DNA from: Mobula hypostoma
Taxonomy: Eukaryota
Direction of reading: 5' to 3'
Length of the DNA stretch: 64,000 nucleotides
Assembly (NCBI RefSeq): GCF_963921235.1
Contig: NC_086106.1
Location: 24,924,001 to 24,988,000, forward strand
This document shows, piece by piece, positions 1-12,330 of this stretch. The position numbers and the translations under genes are program-made. Each line of letters begins with the position of its first letter. Positions within the stretch are counted from its first letter, which is position 1. Under the pieces are notes generated by a model, which was not told the origin of the DNA, searched no databases, and was given only the letters and a program-made list of their open reading frames with translations.

Positions 1-208
1 ACGGGATGGTGCTGGAGGATTGGCGTATTTGTCATGTTGTTCCATTGTTTAAACACGGTTCTAAGTGTAAACCTAGCAATTATCGGCCTGTGAGTTTGAC
101 GTCAGTGGTAGGTAAATTAATGGAAAGTATTCTTAGAGATGGTATATATAATTATCTGTATAGACAGGGCCTGATTAGGAACAGTCAACATGGATTTGTG
201 CGTGAGAC
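1..208 (+). mobile_element. CR1 LINE RT fragment
   Basis: EDWRI..VVPLFK.G.K.KPSNYRPVSLTSVVGKLMESILRD..QHGF, typical CR1 ORF2. Confidence 0.9.
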
Positions 209-1610
209 TCTCATGCTCAGGTCTGTGAAGTCCGTATTCCGGTTCACGGATTGGTCCATCGACCCTTGCTCCAGGTTTTTCTGTCTATCCTGTTTCTGTT
301 CTTGTTGAGCTAACTAAGTCAGCTGATGTTCATTGGGGCTGGCTGCATGCATACCTTCAGACAAGGGCGTGGCTGCTGTATTGTTCTCGTCCTTACTCAA
401 TGTATCCCTTCCTCTACCTTTTGTTTCCTTGCCTGAAGCCCTGCTTTGTCTTGCCGGTAACTCTCGCAACGCTTGAAGTTCTCTTCTCGCCTTGCATTGC
501 CTGAGGCCGTGCCTTGTCTGTCTGGTAACACTCGCCTCGTCTCGCCTGCAGTTTTGCCCTGGAACCACCCTGTACCTAGTCCCTTCCTGTTCCTTGTCTC
601 CGTCAGGTAAGCCAGGCCGTCTCGCCGTTGCCTGCGGTTGGTTCTGTCCCTTCCTGTCCCATGCCTTCGTCGGGTGGTGAACCGCGCTCTGCCCAGGAGT
701 ACCGCGCCCTGACCAGTAGTACCGAGCCCTGACCAGCAGTACCGCGCTCTGCCCAGGTGAACGGCGCCCTGCCCCGGAGGACCCTACCTAGCTTCAAGCC
801 TGAAGACTGCAGCCTCCTTCCTAGCCTCAAGCCCGAGGATTCCAGCCTCGCCTGAAGTCTCCGGCCTAGCCTCAAGCCTGAGGACTGCAGCCTCATGCCT
901 AGCCTCAAGACTCCAGCCTCCAGCCTCGCCTCAAGTCTCCTGCTTCCAACTTTGCCTCGCCTCAAAACTCACGCCTGCAGCCTTCAGCCTCAACTCTCTT
1001 GCCTCCAGCCTCCAGACTCGCCTCGCCTCGTCTCTAGCCTCCTGCAAGCCTCGCCTCAAGTCTCTAGCCTCCTGCAAGCCTCGCCTCAAGTCTGTAGCCT
1101 CCTGCCGAGCCTCGCCTCAAATATCTAGCCTCCTGCCAAGCCTCGCGTTGTCTCTAGCCTCCTGCCAAGCCTTGCCTCAAGTCTCTCTCTTCCTATCAAG
1201 CCTCGGCACGTCTCCTGCTCCTGTCAAGCCTCGCCTCGTCTCCTGCCTCCTGATAAGCCTCGCTTCATGTCTCCTGCCTCCCCCAAGCCTCGCCTCAAGT
1301 CTCTTGCCTCCTGCCAAACCTCACCTAAAGCCTCTCGCCTCCAGCCAAGCCTCCCGTCAAGTTTCTAGACTCCAGCCTCGTCCTGCCTGCCAGTCAAGCC
1401 TCGCGCCGGCCTCGTTCTTTGGTCCGAGCCAGAGGCAAGACCCAGGTACTGGATCCTTGTCCAGTCTCTGGCTCGGAGTCCAAGCCCGGGCTCCTAGCTC
1501 TTCTGTCCAGTCCTGTTCCGGTTTCCCGGTTTTCCTATCTATGTCCTTGCCATCGCCCTGTATCCTAGTCCTGTACCTAGTACTTCAGTGTCTGTGTTTT
1601 GCACTTCGGT
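209..1610 (+). mobile_element. Solo LTR with an internal imperfect tandem array, inserted in CR1
   Basis: Paralog of 42,756-43,765; interrupts the CR1 QHGF region; degenerate array of AGCCTCGCCTCAAGTCTCT-like units at about 780-1,400. Confidence 0.75.
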
Positions 1611-2155
1611 CTTGGAGTATTGTGTACAGTTTTGGTCACCGAATTATAGGAAAGATGTCAACAAAATTAAGAGAGTAGAGGGAATGTTTACCAGAATGTT
1701 ACGTGGCTTTCATCTCCTAAGTTAGAGAGCAAGATTGAACAAGTTGGGTCTTAACTCTTTGGAACATAGAACGTTAAGGGAGAACTTGATAGAGGTATTT
1801 AAAATCATGAGTGGTTAAGATAGAGTTGACGTGGATAGTTTTTTTTTCGATTGAGTGTGGGGGAGATTCAAACAAGAGGATATGAGTTGAGAGTTAAAGG
1901 GCAAAATATTAAGAGTAACATGAGGGGTAACGTCTTTACTCAGAGACTAGAAAGAGCTTTCAGCAGAAGTGGCTGGGGCAGATTCTATGTTGTCATTTAA
2001 AGTTAAATTGAATAGCGATATAGATAGGAAATGACTGGAGGGTGATTGTGTGAGTGCAGGTCGGTGGGACTAGGTGAAAGTAAGAGTTCGGTACGGACTA
2101 GAAGATCCGAGATGGCCTGTTTCCGTGCTGTAATTGTTAAATGGTTATATGGCTA
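1611..2155 (+). mobile_element. CR1 LINE 3-prime end
   Basis: LEYCVQFWSP..RKD-like coding relic and the typical CR1 3-prime tail. Confidence 0.85.
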
Positions 2156-2169
2156 ATAACTAGCTGACA

Positions 2170-3300
2170 TGTACAAATTCACAAGTACAATTGCTGTATC
2201 TACCGCGAGGCCCAGTCATTGATTCTGACACCCCAATTGAAAAATGGAGATAACAGATCCGATAAGTTTAAAGCAAATGTATTATCAAATTGCGGACGTC
2301 TCACATTTATCCTTGAGATTCTGATGTCTAATTTCGTTATTTGAGTCATCAGTGTATTACAATGTATAACAATTATGATGCATTGCAATAAAAAGTGTAT
2401 ATATAATGAACAAAAAAATAGCACTGTAAAAAGCGAGGGGGGAGATATTAAGGGACTGTATTGGGCTCATGGTCTACACGGAAATCTGACGGCAGCGGGG
2501 AAACAACTCTTCCTGACAAGTTAAATGTGAGGACATATACTCAGTGATGGTGATTGGGGTGGAGCCTTCTGTGATTCATGCGGTCCTTTCGAAGTATCGC
2601 CTTTTGAAGGTACCTTGGATGCCTGGGAGTGTTGTGTCAGTGATGAAGTTTGCTTTGTTTAAAATGTTCTGCCGTTTGTTCCTGTGCAGCTGCCCCATCA
2701 TCCCAGACACAGATGCAACCAGTTGTAATGCTGCCCACTGTTTATCTCTGGAAATTACTGCGAGTATTTGATGCAAACCAGTTTTCAAGTTCCATGTGAC
2801 ATTCCGCCCCTGTAATCCCTTCTTTGTAATTGTACCCAGTATAAATCCACAGTCCGGTCAAGAGTGGCGCTTTTGAAATTGCTCATCGTTTCACTTCTTT
2901 CCCCGATAACGTTTGGTTTGCCTTCCATCCGCTTCCATTCCTGGCGTTCAAAATGAATTTTGGTCTTACTAAGACTACAGTCAAGTAGCTATCTCTATAT
3001 CTACCATACGCCTCTTCGTCACTATCTGAAATTATGCAAACAATGTTTTTTTTTGTCCTAAAATTTATCGATTGCGTTAGAGTTGAGCCAAGCCACAGCA
3101 TCGTGCTTGCAGAAAGGGTCGATGATTGGGTATGGTTGTTTCCAATGTTATTTCCAATGCGTACACCAGGTTGTCGCCCATTTAGGAGATCTAGTCCAGT
3201 TGCGCGGGGAGGTATTGACTCCCAGGTTTTGAGCGTGTTCATTAAAGCTGAGTTCTGCTGATGGCTGAGCAGAAAGTCATCCCAAACCTGATTTTTCTTT
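2170..3300 (-). mobile_element. Degraded Rex1/Babar-like LINE RT
   Basis: Minus-strand LDLLNGRQPGVRIGNN..ISDSDEEAY..SKTK..LPGIQG relics. Confidence 0.7.
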
Positions 3301-4144
3301 TTTTAATACAAAATTAAATGTCGAAAGGAAGTCTTAAGTACCGGATGAAATGTTGACACAACTGATTGTTATTATTCCCTAGACATTTTGTCTTATTTTC
3401 ACTTGCCACAGAGTTGTGGTGACAATCATGAAACTATCAGGAAATATTTCTCCATTTTCCTAATTTAGAGACATTTGACAATGTTGCAGTTAAGGAATGC
3501 ATCAGCTGAATTTTACGATTGAAATTTCAGTACAGATATAACTGTGTATCAGCAGAACTCATATCTTGAATGTGTTGATACCTGGATTTTTGTATTAGGT
3601 TTTCAGTAACTCTAGCCGTGGATATTGACATCTACCGTGAAGAAACATAAATACCTGCTGCGGCTCTTCTATTTCCGCCTTTGCATCATAGTCGAATTGG
3701 GTAATATATTTACGCAAAAAAAAAAAAAGCAGAACGCTGTATAACAGCAGAGCTCGAGCTCGTTTAGCGGGCTCTTCTACATCTTCGCGTGCAGGTTCAA
3801 TCTAGCAGACATCAGAGAAGAAGATAGAAAATATGAATTATCCCGTATTCCGTGGTTTCTAAGATAACATGACGCACTGGGAAAGCCCGTCCCATGGATT
3901 GCCCAGTAAGCAGAGTCTACAAACACTCGGTGGCACTGGAAGCAACTGCACAAAATACACTCTGGGCTTTCTTCATGTTTCAAAGACGACTACACAAATA
4001 ATAAACGCAATCATCTTCTCAATAAATTCTTAAGTTATTCAGAGAAAAGCTAAATTCGCAGAAACCAATGGGAGACGAAGAATTATTGTGTGCCAGAAGT
4101 TTTAGCTCGTGTCTGATCTCTCTTATGTTCTGGATGATATCGAC

Positions 4145-5050
4145 CAAAGATGATTACTGACTGACATTATCTCCTTTGTCGCATAGTTACTTCGTAACAC
4201 TGCCTTTCATATTTCTGGCATCGTCTGACTCAATGTGAAAGAGCAGTTTGATGACAGTTTTCTCCAAGACGCCCTCCAGCTTCATCACCTTCGGTCACCG
4301 CCAAGCGTTACTTTGCAGATAAGGTTGACATACCAATAATTTGATCCACTTTTTACATACCTTAACCGGTTGGGAGCTGACCTTTCGAATCCTGCACGAC
4401 GTTTGAGAGCCTTTCTTTTCCGTATGTCACGGTTTTGATACTAGTGGATGTCTCTTGTGGTTAGTTGCTTCAGACAGAGTTTGTTGTAGTTTTAATGAGA
4501 CAGTCCCTTTCCATTGTATGATTACAGAATTACAGAGCCGGGGAACGTTACTGTGAAGGTTAATTTCTCCTCGGTAACTTGTTTTTCACTGTGATAACCG
4601 ACACGAATCAAAAACGCTACTTTGAAACCGGAAGCTAGTCTAGAATTGTACTGCAATATTCGAACACACTCCGGCAACCCTGCAACGACGCTTATTAAAT
4701 TTAAGGTTGCAGTTTGTTCGAGCTGTTGATTGTGATTTCTTATTCATTTAAATGTTACACTGGGGTCATCAAAACGCTGTGGTACAGTTGCTTTGTAAAA
4801 CAACCTTCCAAATAAAAAAAAAGAACAATGTTTTCAATGTAACTTATCAAGGAGGTCGTGTTCATCCAGATATGTTCCGGAACAGACAACAACGACAAAA
4901 AATGTTGCGGATTCCAACAGAGAATGTAAATCTCAAAGCGACGGATCAGACCAATGGTACGACATAACAGCAACATATACATAACCATCCTTAGACTGAT
5001 AATGTATCACAATATATTTTGCACTGAACAAGAAAAGCGCTCTCCAGATT
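4145..5050 (+). pseudogene. Decayed NAR-TCR leader-V-D-J relic (relic A, 5-prime part)
   Basis: Ordered matches to the intact cassette: agcttcatcacct (4,278) vs agcttcatctcct (28,481); donor region acctttc; intron gtttgaga and tgtggtt; FR3 relic S-L-S-I-x-D-Y-R-I-T-E-(P/S)-G..YC (Cys 4,552); CACTGTG at 4,587 and TCAAAAACG at 4,608; D relic cgctgtg-gtacagttg (4,775); weak J relic at about 4,997-5,050. FR1-FR2 deleted. Confidence 0.6.
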
Positions 5051-5449
5051 CCACGACCTCGATAGAGGGCGAACTCATCAAAATACATATTGCTGGCAAC
5101 GCACTGTGAAAATAAACCCTAACGAATGTCTGAAGGCTTAAAAGAATGATTTTTAAATATCGAGTGTTCAGCACACACGCAATGGCATTTTCTTATATAT
5201 TTTATTTATCTTTTTGCTTTTTGGTCTTTTTTGACTATGCTCACACCAAAATTTGATTACAGGACTTCTGTGCTGTTTAACATCACGGAACATTCCGCCT
5301 CAAACATTACGTTACCACAGTGGTCAATACCAAATGATGAAATTTTGAAGGGGGTGACTGAATATTGGCGAAAGACGTGTTCATATTATGATCAGACAAA
5401 ACTTCCCATCAATATCAGAAAGATGCCACCGTAGCGTGATCTGACACAG

Positions 5450-5900
5450 CAACCATAATGTCGCTGGGGATTTCAGTTACCGACTTGTAAACACACTTCT
5501 GATATATTTATTAAACATAATGACTCTCACATCGATCTTTACTATACCTCTTTCCGCACATTCACTGGTAAAAATTGTCACCCTTTCTCATTGGTTTGCA
5601 GTCTCCTCCGTGTTCCATTCTCAGTCTGATGCTTTCACTAAAAGCGAAAGAACATCTGAGATGTCATCATTCTGTAAAGTACAGCGGTTCACTTTCTCAG
5701 AAATCGATACTTCCCTCGCACTCCTCTACTCCATTTTGCATCGACTCATCGCCCTGAGAGGGATAAATTTTCCATTGTACTTACGAAACACAACCAGCAC
5801 ATCACTCCACCGAATTTCTTCTATCGTCCACAAATATATTTATAAGCACAACTTTCTCTCAACCTTTGCAATTTTTTTTTCTGCTTTCGACAGTGATCAC
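5450..5900 (+). mobile_element. Degraded Penelope-like element fragment
   Basis: SQSDAF..RTSEMSSF relic, matching the younger Penelope-like copies in this window. Confidence 0.6.
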
Positions 5901-6179
5901 CCTCTCTGTGACTCTATTGTCATGCGCATCTGCATACTGGTCTTCATGCAGTCACTTAGCTCTACCAATGGAATATCTGATGAAATAGCCCATACACCTC
6001 CTCGCTTACCACAAATCATGGTCATGGAACAGTCTTCCCAGATGATTCAGTAGTTTATCTACCTGTTTTTCGCGGGAACCATTTTTTTTCTGACGCTCCA
6101 GGCGCGGCCTAGTTTGATGCAATGAAATCCAGCTGGGTTGGTAAGCTTCGTCGTGCATCTTCGCTCTGTCCCCTAAAAC

Positions 6180-7385
6180 AAGTTCAAAGTTCAAAGAAAA
6201 TTTACGAGTAACGTATAAACATGTCACCATAATATACTGTCAGATCATTTTCTTGAGCGCATACTGTGGAAATTCATCAACTGAAATAAAGTCACTGAAA
6301 TATGGCACCCAATAGTGAAGATAANNNNNNNNNNNNNNNNNNNNNNNNNNNNNNNNNNNNNNNNNNNNNNNNNNNNNNNNNNNNNNNNNNNNNNNNNNNN
6401 NNNNNNNNNNNNNNNNNNNNNNNNNNNNNNNNNNNNNNNNNNNNNNNNNNNNNNNNNNNNNNNNNNNNNNNNNNNNNNNNNCAGAAGGAGAACAGGAAGT
6501 AGAAGTAGTAGAAGAAGAGGAAGCTGATGATGAAGGAGAAAGCGGAGAATTACGTATCGAGAACATGAAATCAATAAATCCTTGAAAGTGAGTCGATAGC
6601 TTGGAGGAACAGCTAAGTGATGTCCAAGTTATACCTCTCTGACTTAGCAGCCTGATGATTGAGAGGCAAGATGGATGCTGCTGTCCTGCGACAACGATAT
6701 GTCTATCTATGCTCAATGATGTCGAATGCTTTACTGAAGATGGACTTAGGTCTTTGAAGTACCGTTTGTAAGATGTTCCGTTTAAAAACTTTTGTGGTTT
6801 CCATATAATTCTCTGATGAAGCCTGTCAACATTACCTTAAGCAGAAGGTTGTTCATGTCAGATCCTATCTGCTCAAACTGAAGGAAGTAGAGGCGCTGCT
6901 TCCGAGGGGCAAGAAATTTAAAGTTGCTGATACTCTCTATGTCTGACTCACCTGATACGTTCTGGTACACGTCCCTCTGTTTTTCTCCACCTGAAATCAA
7001 TATTCAGCTCCTTGATCTTATTCGCAATGAATAACGTAGTATTGTCTTGACGCTATTCAGATTTCAATCTCCCTCCGTTCTACGTATTCGTTAAACTCTT
7101 GATTCGACTAAAGATATCGTCAGCAAATGTAAATATAGCAGTTGAAATAACATTAGTCATATAGTCAGAAGTGTACAGTGACTACAGTAGGGGGGCAAAG
7201 CACACAGACATGTAGTGCAACTATGCTGATGGAGATTGTGGGTGAGGTATTACTGCTAATCGGAACTGACTGGGTCTGCATGTGTGGAAATCGAGAAACC
7301 AATTACACAAGGAAGAACTGAGGTCTTGAAACGTTTTGATTAGTTCTGAGGAGATAATAATATTGAATCCCGGCATATGCTTAAA
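6180..7385 (-). mobile_element. Degraded Rex1/Babar-like LINE
   Basis: SISNFKFL..KQRLYFL..LTGFIRELYGN relic; ttcaaagttcaaag tail. Confidence 0.65.
6325..6481. other. N run (157 nt)
   Basis: Directly visible; a matching N run occurs at the paralogous site 48,849-48,997. Confidence 0.99.
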
Positions 7386-7389
7386 AGGA

Positions 7390-8760
7390 ATTATATTAAT
7401 GACTTTTAACTTAACTAATTGGTTAGCAAAGAAAAATCAACAAGAAAGGGCACACTTTAGTTAAACTGTCAAATGTTTACAGGCCGGAACTCAGCGTTTC
7501 TCCATATTCAGCAATCCTCAATCGATCATCGCTCCTGACATCACCGAATCACGGTCCCGCACCGTGTGGAATCATACGACCTGTTCTCTCCAGAGTCTTC
7601 TCTCTTCATCTCCCGGCGAAACAAAGCCCCAGGCCCAATGTTAGTGACCCTCTCTAGATAAACTTCCTCTCAGTTCTATCATCCTAACTGGATGCAACAG
7701 ATTCCTTTTCCTCCTTTGTCATCACCAATAACTCAAACATGCTGAAAACAGAAGAGATTGCTCTTACCACGGCAACATGCTATCACCCCCTCCAAAAAAA
7801 AAGTCATGTCTTCATAACTTGGAAATAATTTGTCATGGCAGCATTAATAACACAGTTTCCAAAGGAATTTTGAAAATGGTCAAAATCTCGAACCCATTTT
7901 TAATGTACTGACTTATCTCTCTGGAAGGATAGTTGTAACACTCAGCCCGGGGCTACAAAAGTCAGACTATATGGGGGTCTTCTGACAGTTTTAGAGGTCC
8001 TTATTCCATCATCTACTCTTCAGTTTCTGAAATTCTTGGGGGCACTACGAGTCCACATGGCGAGGCTTCCCCCGATCAATTACTTGCGCCTTCTGGCAAA
8101 TCCGACCGCTCAGCCACTTCGTTGAACTCAGCTTCAGTTCCGGTTACGTCAGAGCCCAGCTCGACTGCATGGTGCAGCTGCAGACCTGACTGACCGCTTT
8201 TGATGCACATGATTTCAACTGCCTAGGCGTGTGAAGTGTTGGAACTCTCTTCCTCATTTATTGGCGAGTTATAAGAAGGCAGCATGTACTACACCGTCAT
8301 TTCCTCATCCTGCGAGTCCACATCGCATTTTGAAGGGTGTGGAGAGGGCGATTGTAATCCTTTTGCTGCTGGGTCTTCAGTCTCCCGACGTCGCCACAGA
8401 GCCCATTTACTAGCTGAAAGGTCCAAGTCAGGCTTTGGGTCGACACGGATCTCTTGTCTTACCTCTTCACATTTCACATCACATCTCACTCGAAAAGGCT
8501 CCGAAGTGCTAAAATAATATTTGCCACTTTTCTTTTTGTCATACTAACTTTTATCTCCGGGGGAGGGTGACCACACAGAAGCTGATTTGTAGGGTGAGTC
8601 ACTGTAGTATAGTTCTTCAGCAACATCCGATAGTACCGCAGAGTCCAAGAAACGAGGCCTGGGCGCTCACAGTCTGGGTCCTTGGCTAGATTGTTGCAAC
8701 CCCTATCTTAGATGGATCCATATCTACTCCATGCCAGGGACTAAGTGCCCACTGAATTGG
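7390..8760 (-). mobile_element. Gypsy-like LTR retrotransposon remnant (pol C-terminal tail and probable LTR)
   Basis: Acidic tail EIRVDPKPDLD..RRRETEDPAAK..DVDSQDEE resembling post-integrase regions of fish Gypsy elements (from recall). Confidence 0.5.
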
Positions 8761-9216
8761 CAGACTTAACACGTAAACGTTGAGAACTGCCAATTCAAGT
8801 GAACAATCCATTAGTATGAAATTATTAATATCAAGGTTCTGCAGCTAGGTGGGAAATGATGAGTTTTAACTGGATAGATGGCATAGCATGATATGCTAAT
8901 ACTACAGTTAGAGGAATCACAGAATACGTTCCCCAGCAAATAGTCCTTGTTTATCATGTAAGTTTCCCTGTTATACTCACAGAGTAGTCAAACAAAACTG
9001 TCGAAATACTTTTGGTTTACTGTTGGCAGACGGGGGTGTTAGTGTGAAGAAGATGCAAACTGCAGACCTGAGCTGGTCAGTTACTCAGAGCTAGTTGAGA
9101 ATGCCTGAAGTGATCGTATTCACTTTCAACGACTGTCAGATTTGTAAATACTTACCAGGACTGAAAATGAGATTCAGTTTTCTGCTTATTTCATGACCTT
9201 ATTTGGAATGTAGCAG

Positions 9217-9537
9217 CTCCATAATATGGGGCAATTATTCACTCAAACGAATGTTTCTCAGTACACAGACAATGAGGCTGAAATGTCAACTGTTATGTCA
9301 AGGAACCTGAGAACGGAATACAACTGGAAATCACGGAAACTGCTTCATTCTTAAAGATTATCGAGTTTCCTGTCCTGTTCCGCTCAATCTATCTAACTTC
9401 ATAAGTACTGATTTATATTTATCAATTTACACAACATGAGTACACAATTTAAACGCCAGGACCTGATTACAATCTAATGATTTAAAGGTCCATACTGTGC
9501 ACAAGGGTTGGTGCAGAAACTGAGCGTTTCAAGAAAA
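9217..9537 (+). pseudogene. Decayed TCR V relic, probably the supporting V of relic A
   Basis: TGT at 9,291, N-G-I-(H)-W with Trp at 9,325 (intact V: N-T-I-H-W), LQSND-LKVH-YC relic with Cys at 9,496; RSS relic CACAAGG - 22 nt - TCAAGAAAA (9,500-9,537); multiple stops and frameshifts. Confidence 0.5.
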
Positions 9538-9699
9538 TGTTTGCAGGAGTTGAAATAAAACAAATTATTTTCAATGAACTGGTTGCTTGTTAATTCCACG
9601 TTAAAAAAAAATCGATAATGATCAGCCGCAACTGAAGAAACTGCACCGCAAAGACACCAGTAACTGAAATGTATTTTATTTCTTTCTTCGGGATAACGT

Positions 9700-10070
9700 T
9701 GCGACAGGTTTTCTATTTCAAATTTCCTTTTAGAATTTTTTTTTATTTTTGTACGACTTGAAAGTTGAGCATCGATTTCATACTATGAACAGAGAGATGC
9801 AATGAGCACATTGCCTTCTGAAGCATCCACATTAAAAATCTCAGTAAAGGACCTCAAAATACCAGATACACGATATTATTCAGTGGGAGTTTGCTGCCTC
9901 AGAGGGTACAAGTCTTGAAATGTACAGCTCGCCTGATTGGAAGTGAGAGTAACTGCCTAATTAAGAAACGCCTTGGTATGTTCCTGTATCGTCTCACCCT
10001 CCAGGGGTAGTTTACTCATTTTTGCAGTGACATTATTAGACGCAGTATCCACTGAATTGTTTTGATAGAA
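9700..10070 (+). repeat. Old dispersed homology block (paralogs at 33,060-33,410 and about 52,215-52,590)
   Basis: Shared motifs atttcaaatttcctt, taccagat.cacgatattattc, gctcgcctga.tggaagtg and ctgaattgtttt; roughly 70-75 percent identity by eye. Confidence 0.8.
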
Positions 10071-10875
10071 TGCTGAAGTGGGCTGAGAAGTGGCAGATGG
10101 AGATCAACCCGGGGAAGTGTGAGGTGGTACACTTTGGAAGGACAAACTCCAGGGAAGAGTACAAAGTAAAAGCCAGAATACTTGGTAGAGTGGAGAAGCA
10201 GAGGGGTGTAGGGGTATAAGTTCATAGATCCCTGAAAGTTGCCTCACAGGTAGATAGGGCAGATAAGTAAGCTTATGGGGTGTTAGTTTTCATAAGTCAA
10301 GGGATAGAGTTTAAAAGTCGCATTAGAGTCGCATTAATGCAGATCTATAAATTTCTGGTTAGGCCACACTTGGAGTACTGTGTCCAGTTCTGTTCACTTC
10401 ACTGCAGGAAGGATGTGGAAGTATTGAAAATGGTACGGAGGAGATTACCAGGATGCTGCCTGGTTTAGAGAGTGTGCATTAAGTTCAGAAAATAATGAAG
10501 CTAGGGTATTATTCTTTGTTGAAAAGGAGGATGAGAGGAGACAGGATAGAGGCATGCAGATATTAAGAGAATTGAATAGAGTGGACAACCAGCGCCTCTT
10601 TCCCGGAGCACCACTGTAGAGAAGAAGAAGATATGCTTTAAGGTAAGGGGTGGGAAGTTCAAGGGGTATAGTAGAGGAAGGTTTTTTACTCAGAGAGTGA
10701 TGGGTGCGTGGAATGCACTTCCTGAGTCAGTTGTGGAGGGCAAATACACCAGTGAAATTTAAGAGGCTGCCGTTCTGGTATATAGAGGAATCTAAGGTGG
10801 GAGGTAGGGTTTAAGGGTCGGCAGAACATTGTGGGCCGACGGGCTGTCGTATGCTGTACCATTTTATGGTCTATT
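10066..10875 (+). mobile_element. CR1 LINE 3-prime fragment
   Basis: WAEKWQMEINP.KCEVVHFGRTN..LVRPHLEYCVQF. Confidence 0.9.
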
Positions 10876-10879
10876 TTCT

Positions 10880-12330
10880 ATGTTCCAAACATGACCTCGG
10901 AGCTCTTAAACTCCATCCTTTGATTTCCGAATCGCAGCGAAACAGTTGCTCCGTCAACAATTCTTTGGAGCTGCTAAATATCGTCTTAAATTCTCTATAC
11001 TGAGCCGGCAGAGAACCAGCTGAGAGCTGAGAGCTCCTCTGTAGGGTAGAAAAATCACTGTATTGATCACAAATTCTGGTTCGCTGAAAAATCGGTGCTT
11101 CGTTGTCGACTGAAGAAGTCGGAATTATCTGGCAACCATGCAGGAAAAACTCTCTGCAACAATATCGAAAAGCCAATCGTCAGAGCCGGCTAACTTCAGT
11201 CATCTCTCGCTTCCAAATGGTGTGGCTCTTCAACAAAGACTGTCAGCGACGTGTCGATAACAGACTCTGACACCTTTTTTTCCGGGCAGGCAGCTGCGAT
11301 AAATTCCTGAACTTAACCCAGTATATTGACAATGACTCTGAAATGCGACAAGTTACAGGAGCAGGATCCGTTGACATAACAGCAGCATGCGACATTGTGA
11401 ATTACAGAGGCCTTCTACAGACTTTATTTAAAATGTTAAAGAACGAAACCATAGTCAAAATAATAAGAAGCCTCCTAGAAAATCGTAGATTTTATGTAGA
11501 AATGAATGGAATTGAGAGTATGTGGCGTCCACGAAAGAACGGACTACCACAGGGCTCAGTCCTGGCACCTCTACTATTTACTGTCTGCACAAATGATCAG
11601 CAAACCTATCCTAACACTGGCAGGTTTATCTATGCAGACGACGTTTGCATCGCAACACATCCAAACTCCTTCCAAGAAGTTGAAGCACGACTTACAGCAG
11701 CCCTCGAAGCAATGAAGCAGTATTATGAAAAAAAAAGTCTCTGAACCCAAATCCATCAGAAACTCAAGTGTCTGCATTCCACCTGAGGAATCCAGAAGCA
11801 GCTCGGAAACACAAGATCTTCTGGTGTGGGAAGGAGCTTGATCACCATCCGACTCAAATTTACCTGGGCGTGACACTGAGCAGGACGCTGTCATTTTCCA
11901 CCGATATCCAAAACCACCGAGGGAAAGTTGCCGCTCGCAATTCACTTTTGAATAATTAGCAGCACGAAATGGGGAGCTAATGCTCACACACTTTGATCAA
12001 CTGCCCTAGCGCTCTGCTATGCACCTGCAGAATACTGCGCACCTGCGTGGGGCAGATCAGCCCATGCGAAGAAAATAGACCCGTTGACTAAAGAAGACGG
12101 CCGAATAATCACGGGCATACTGTACCCACACCCACTAACAATATTTACAGACTTGCAGGCATTGCTCCCTCAGAGATCCGAAGACACACTACAACAAAAA
12201 CTTGAAGAGGTAAACAGAACTCGGATCCATTGCACCCAACTACAGCTTCAGGAACTTGTTCATACGCTTTCAGTATATACTGCTTCACGATATCATAATC
12301 AAGTGCTTGCTCAAAAAACTGATGCGCTCT
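10880..12330 (+). mobile_element. Degraded I-group (Ingi/Vingi-like) non-LTR retrotransposon RT
   Basis: VD(I/L)TAACDIV..GLPQGSVLAPLLF..FIYADD..YLGVTL.RTL..ALCYAPAEYCAPAW; frameshifted. Confidence 0.65.

Noticed and set aside
603-1678. Long Ser/Leu/Pro-rich ORFs (also 42,854-44,113)
   Set aside because: Artefacts of the LTR tandem array.
4752-5434. Short ORFs identical in both copies (71 aa and 67 aa)
   Set aside because: Identity is explained by the near-identical DNA in this tract; no recognisable domain, and the first overlaps the D relic.
8835-8945. Minus-strand AGERI match to the supporting V
   Set aside because: A 13/15-nt match is expected many times by chance at this search size; upstream V motifs are unconvincing.
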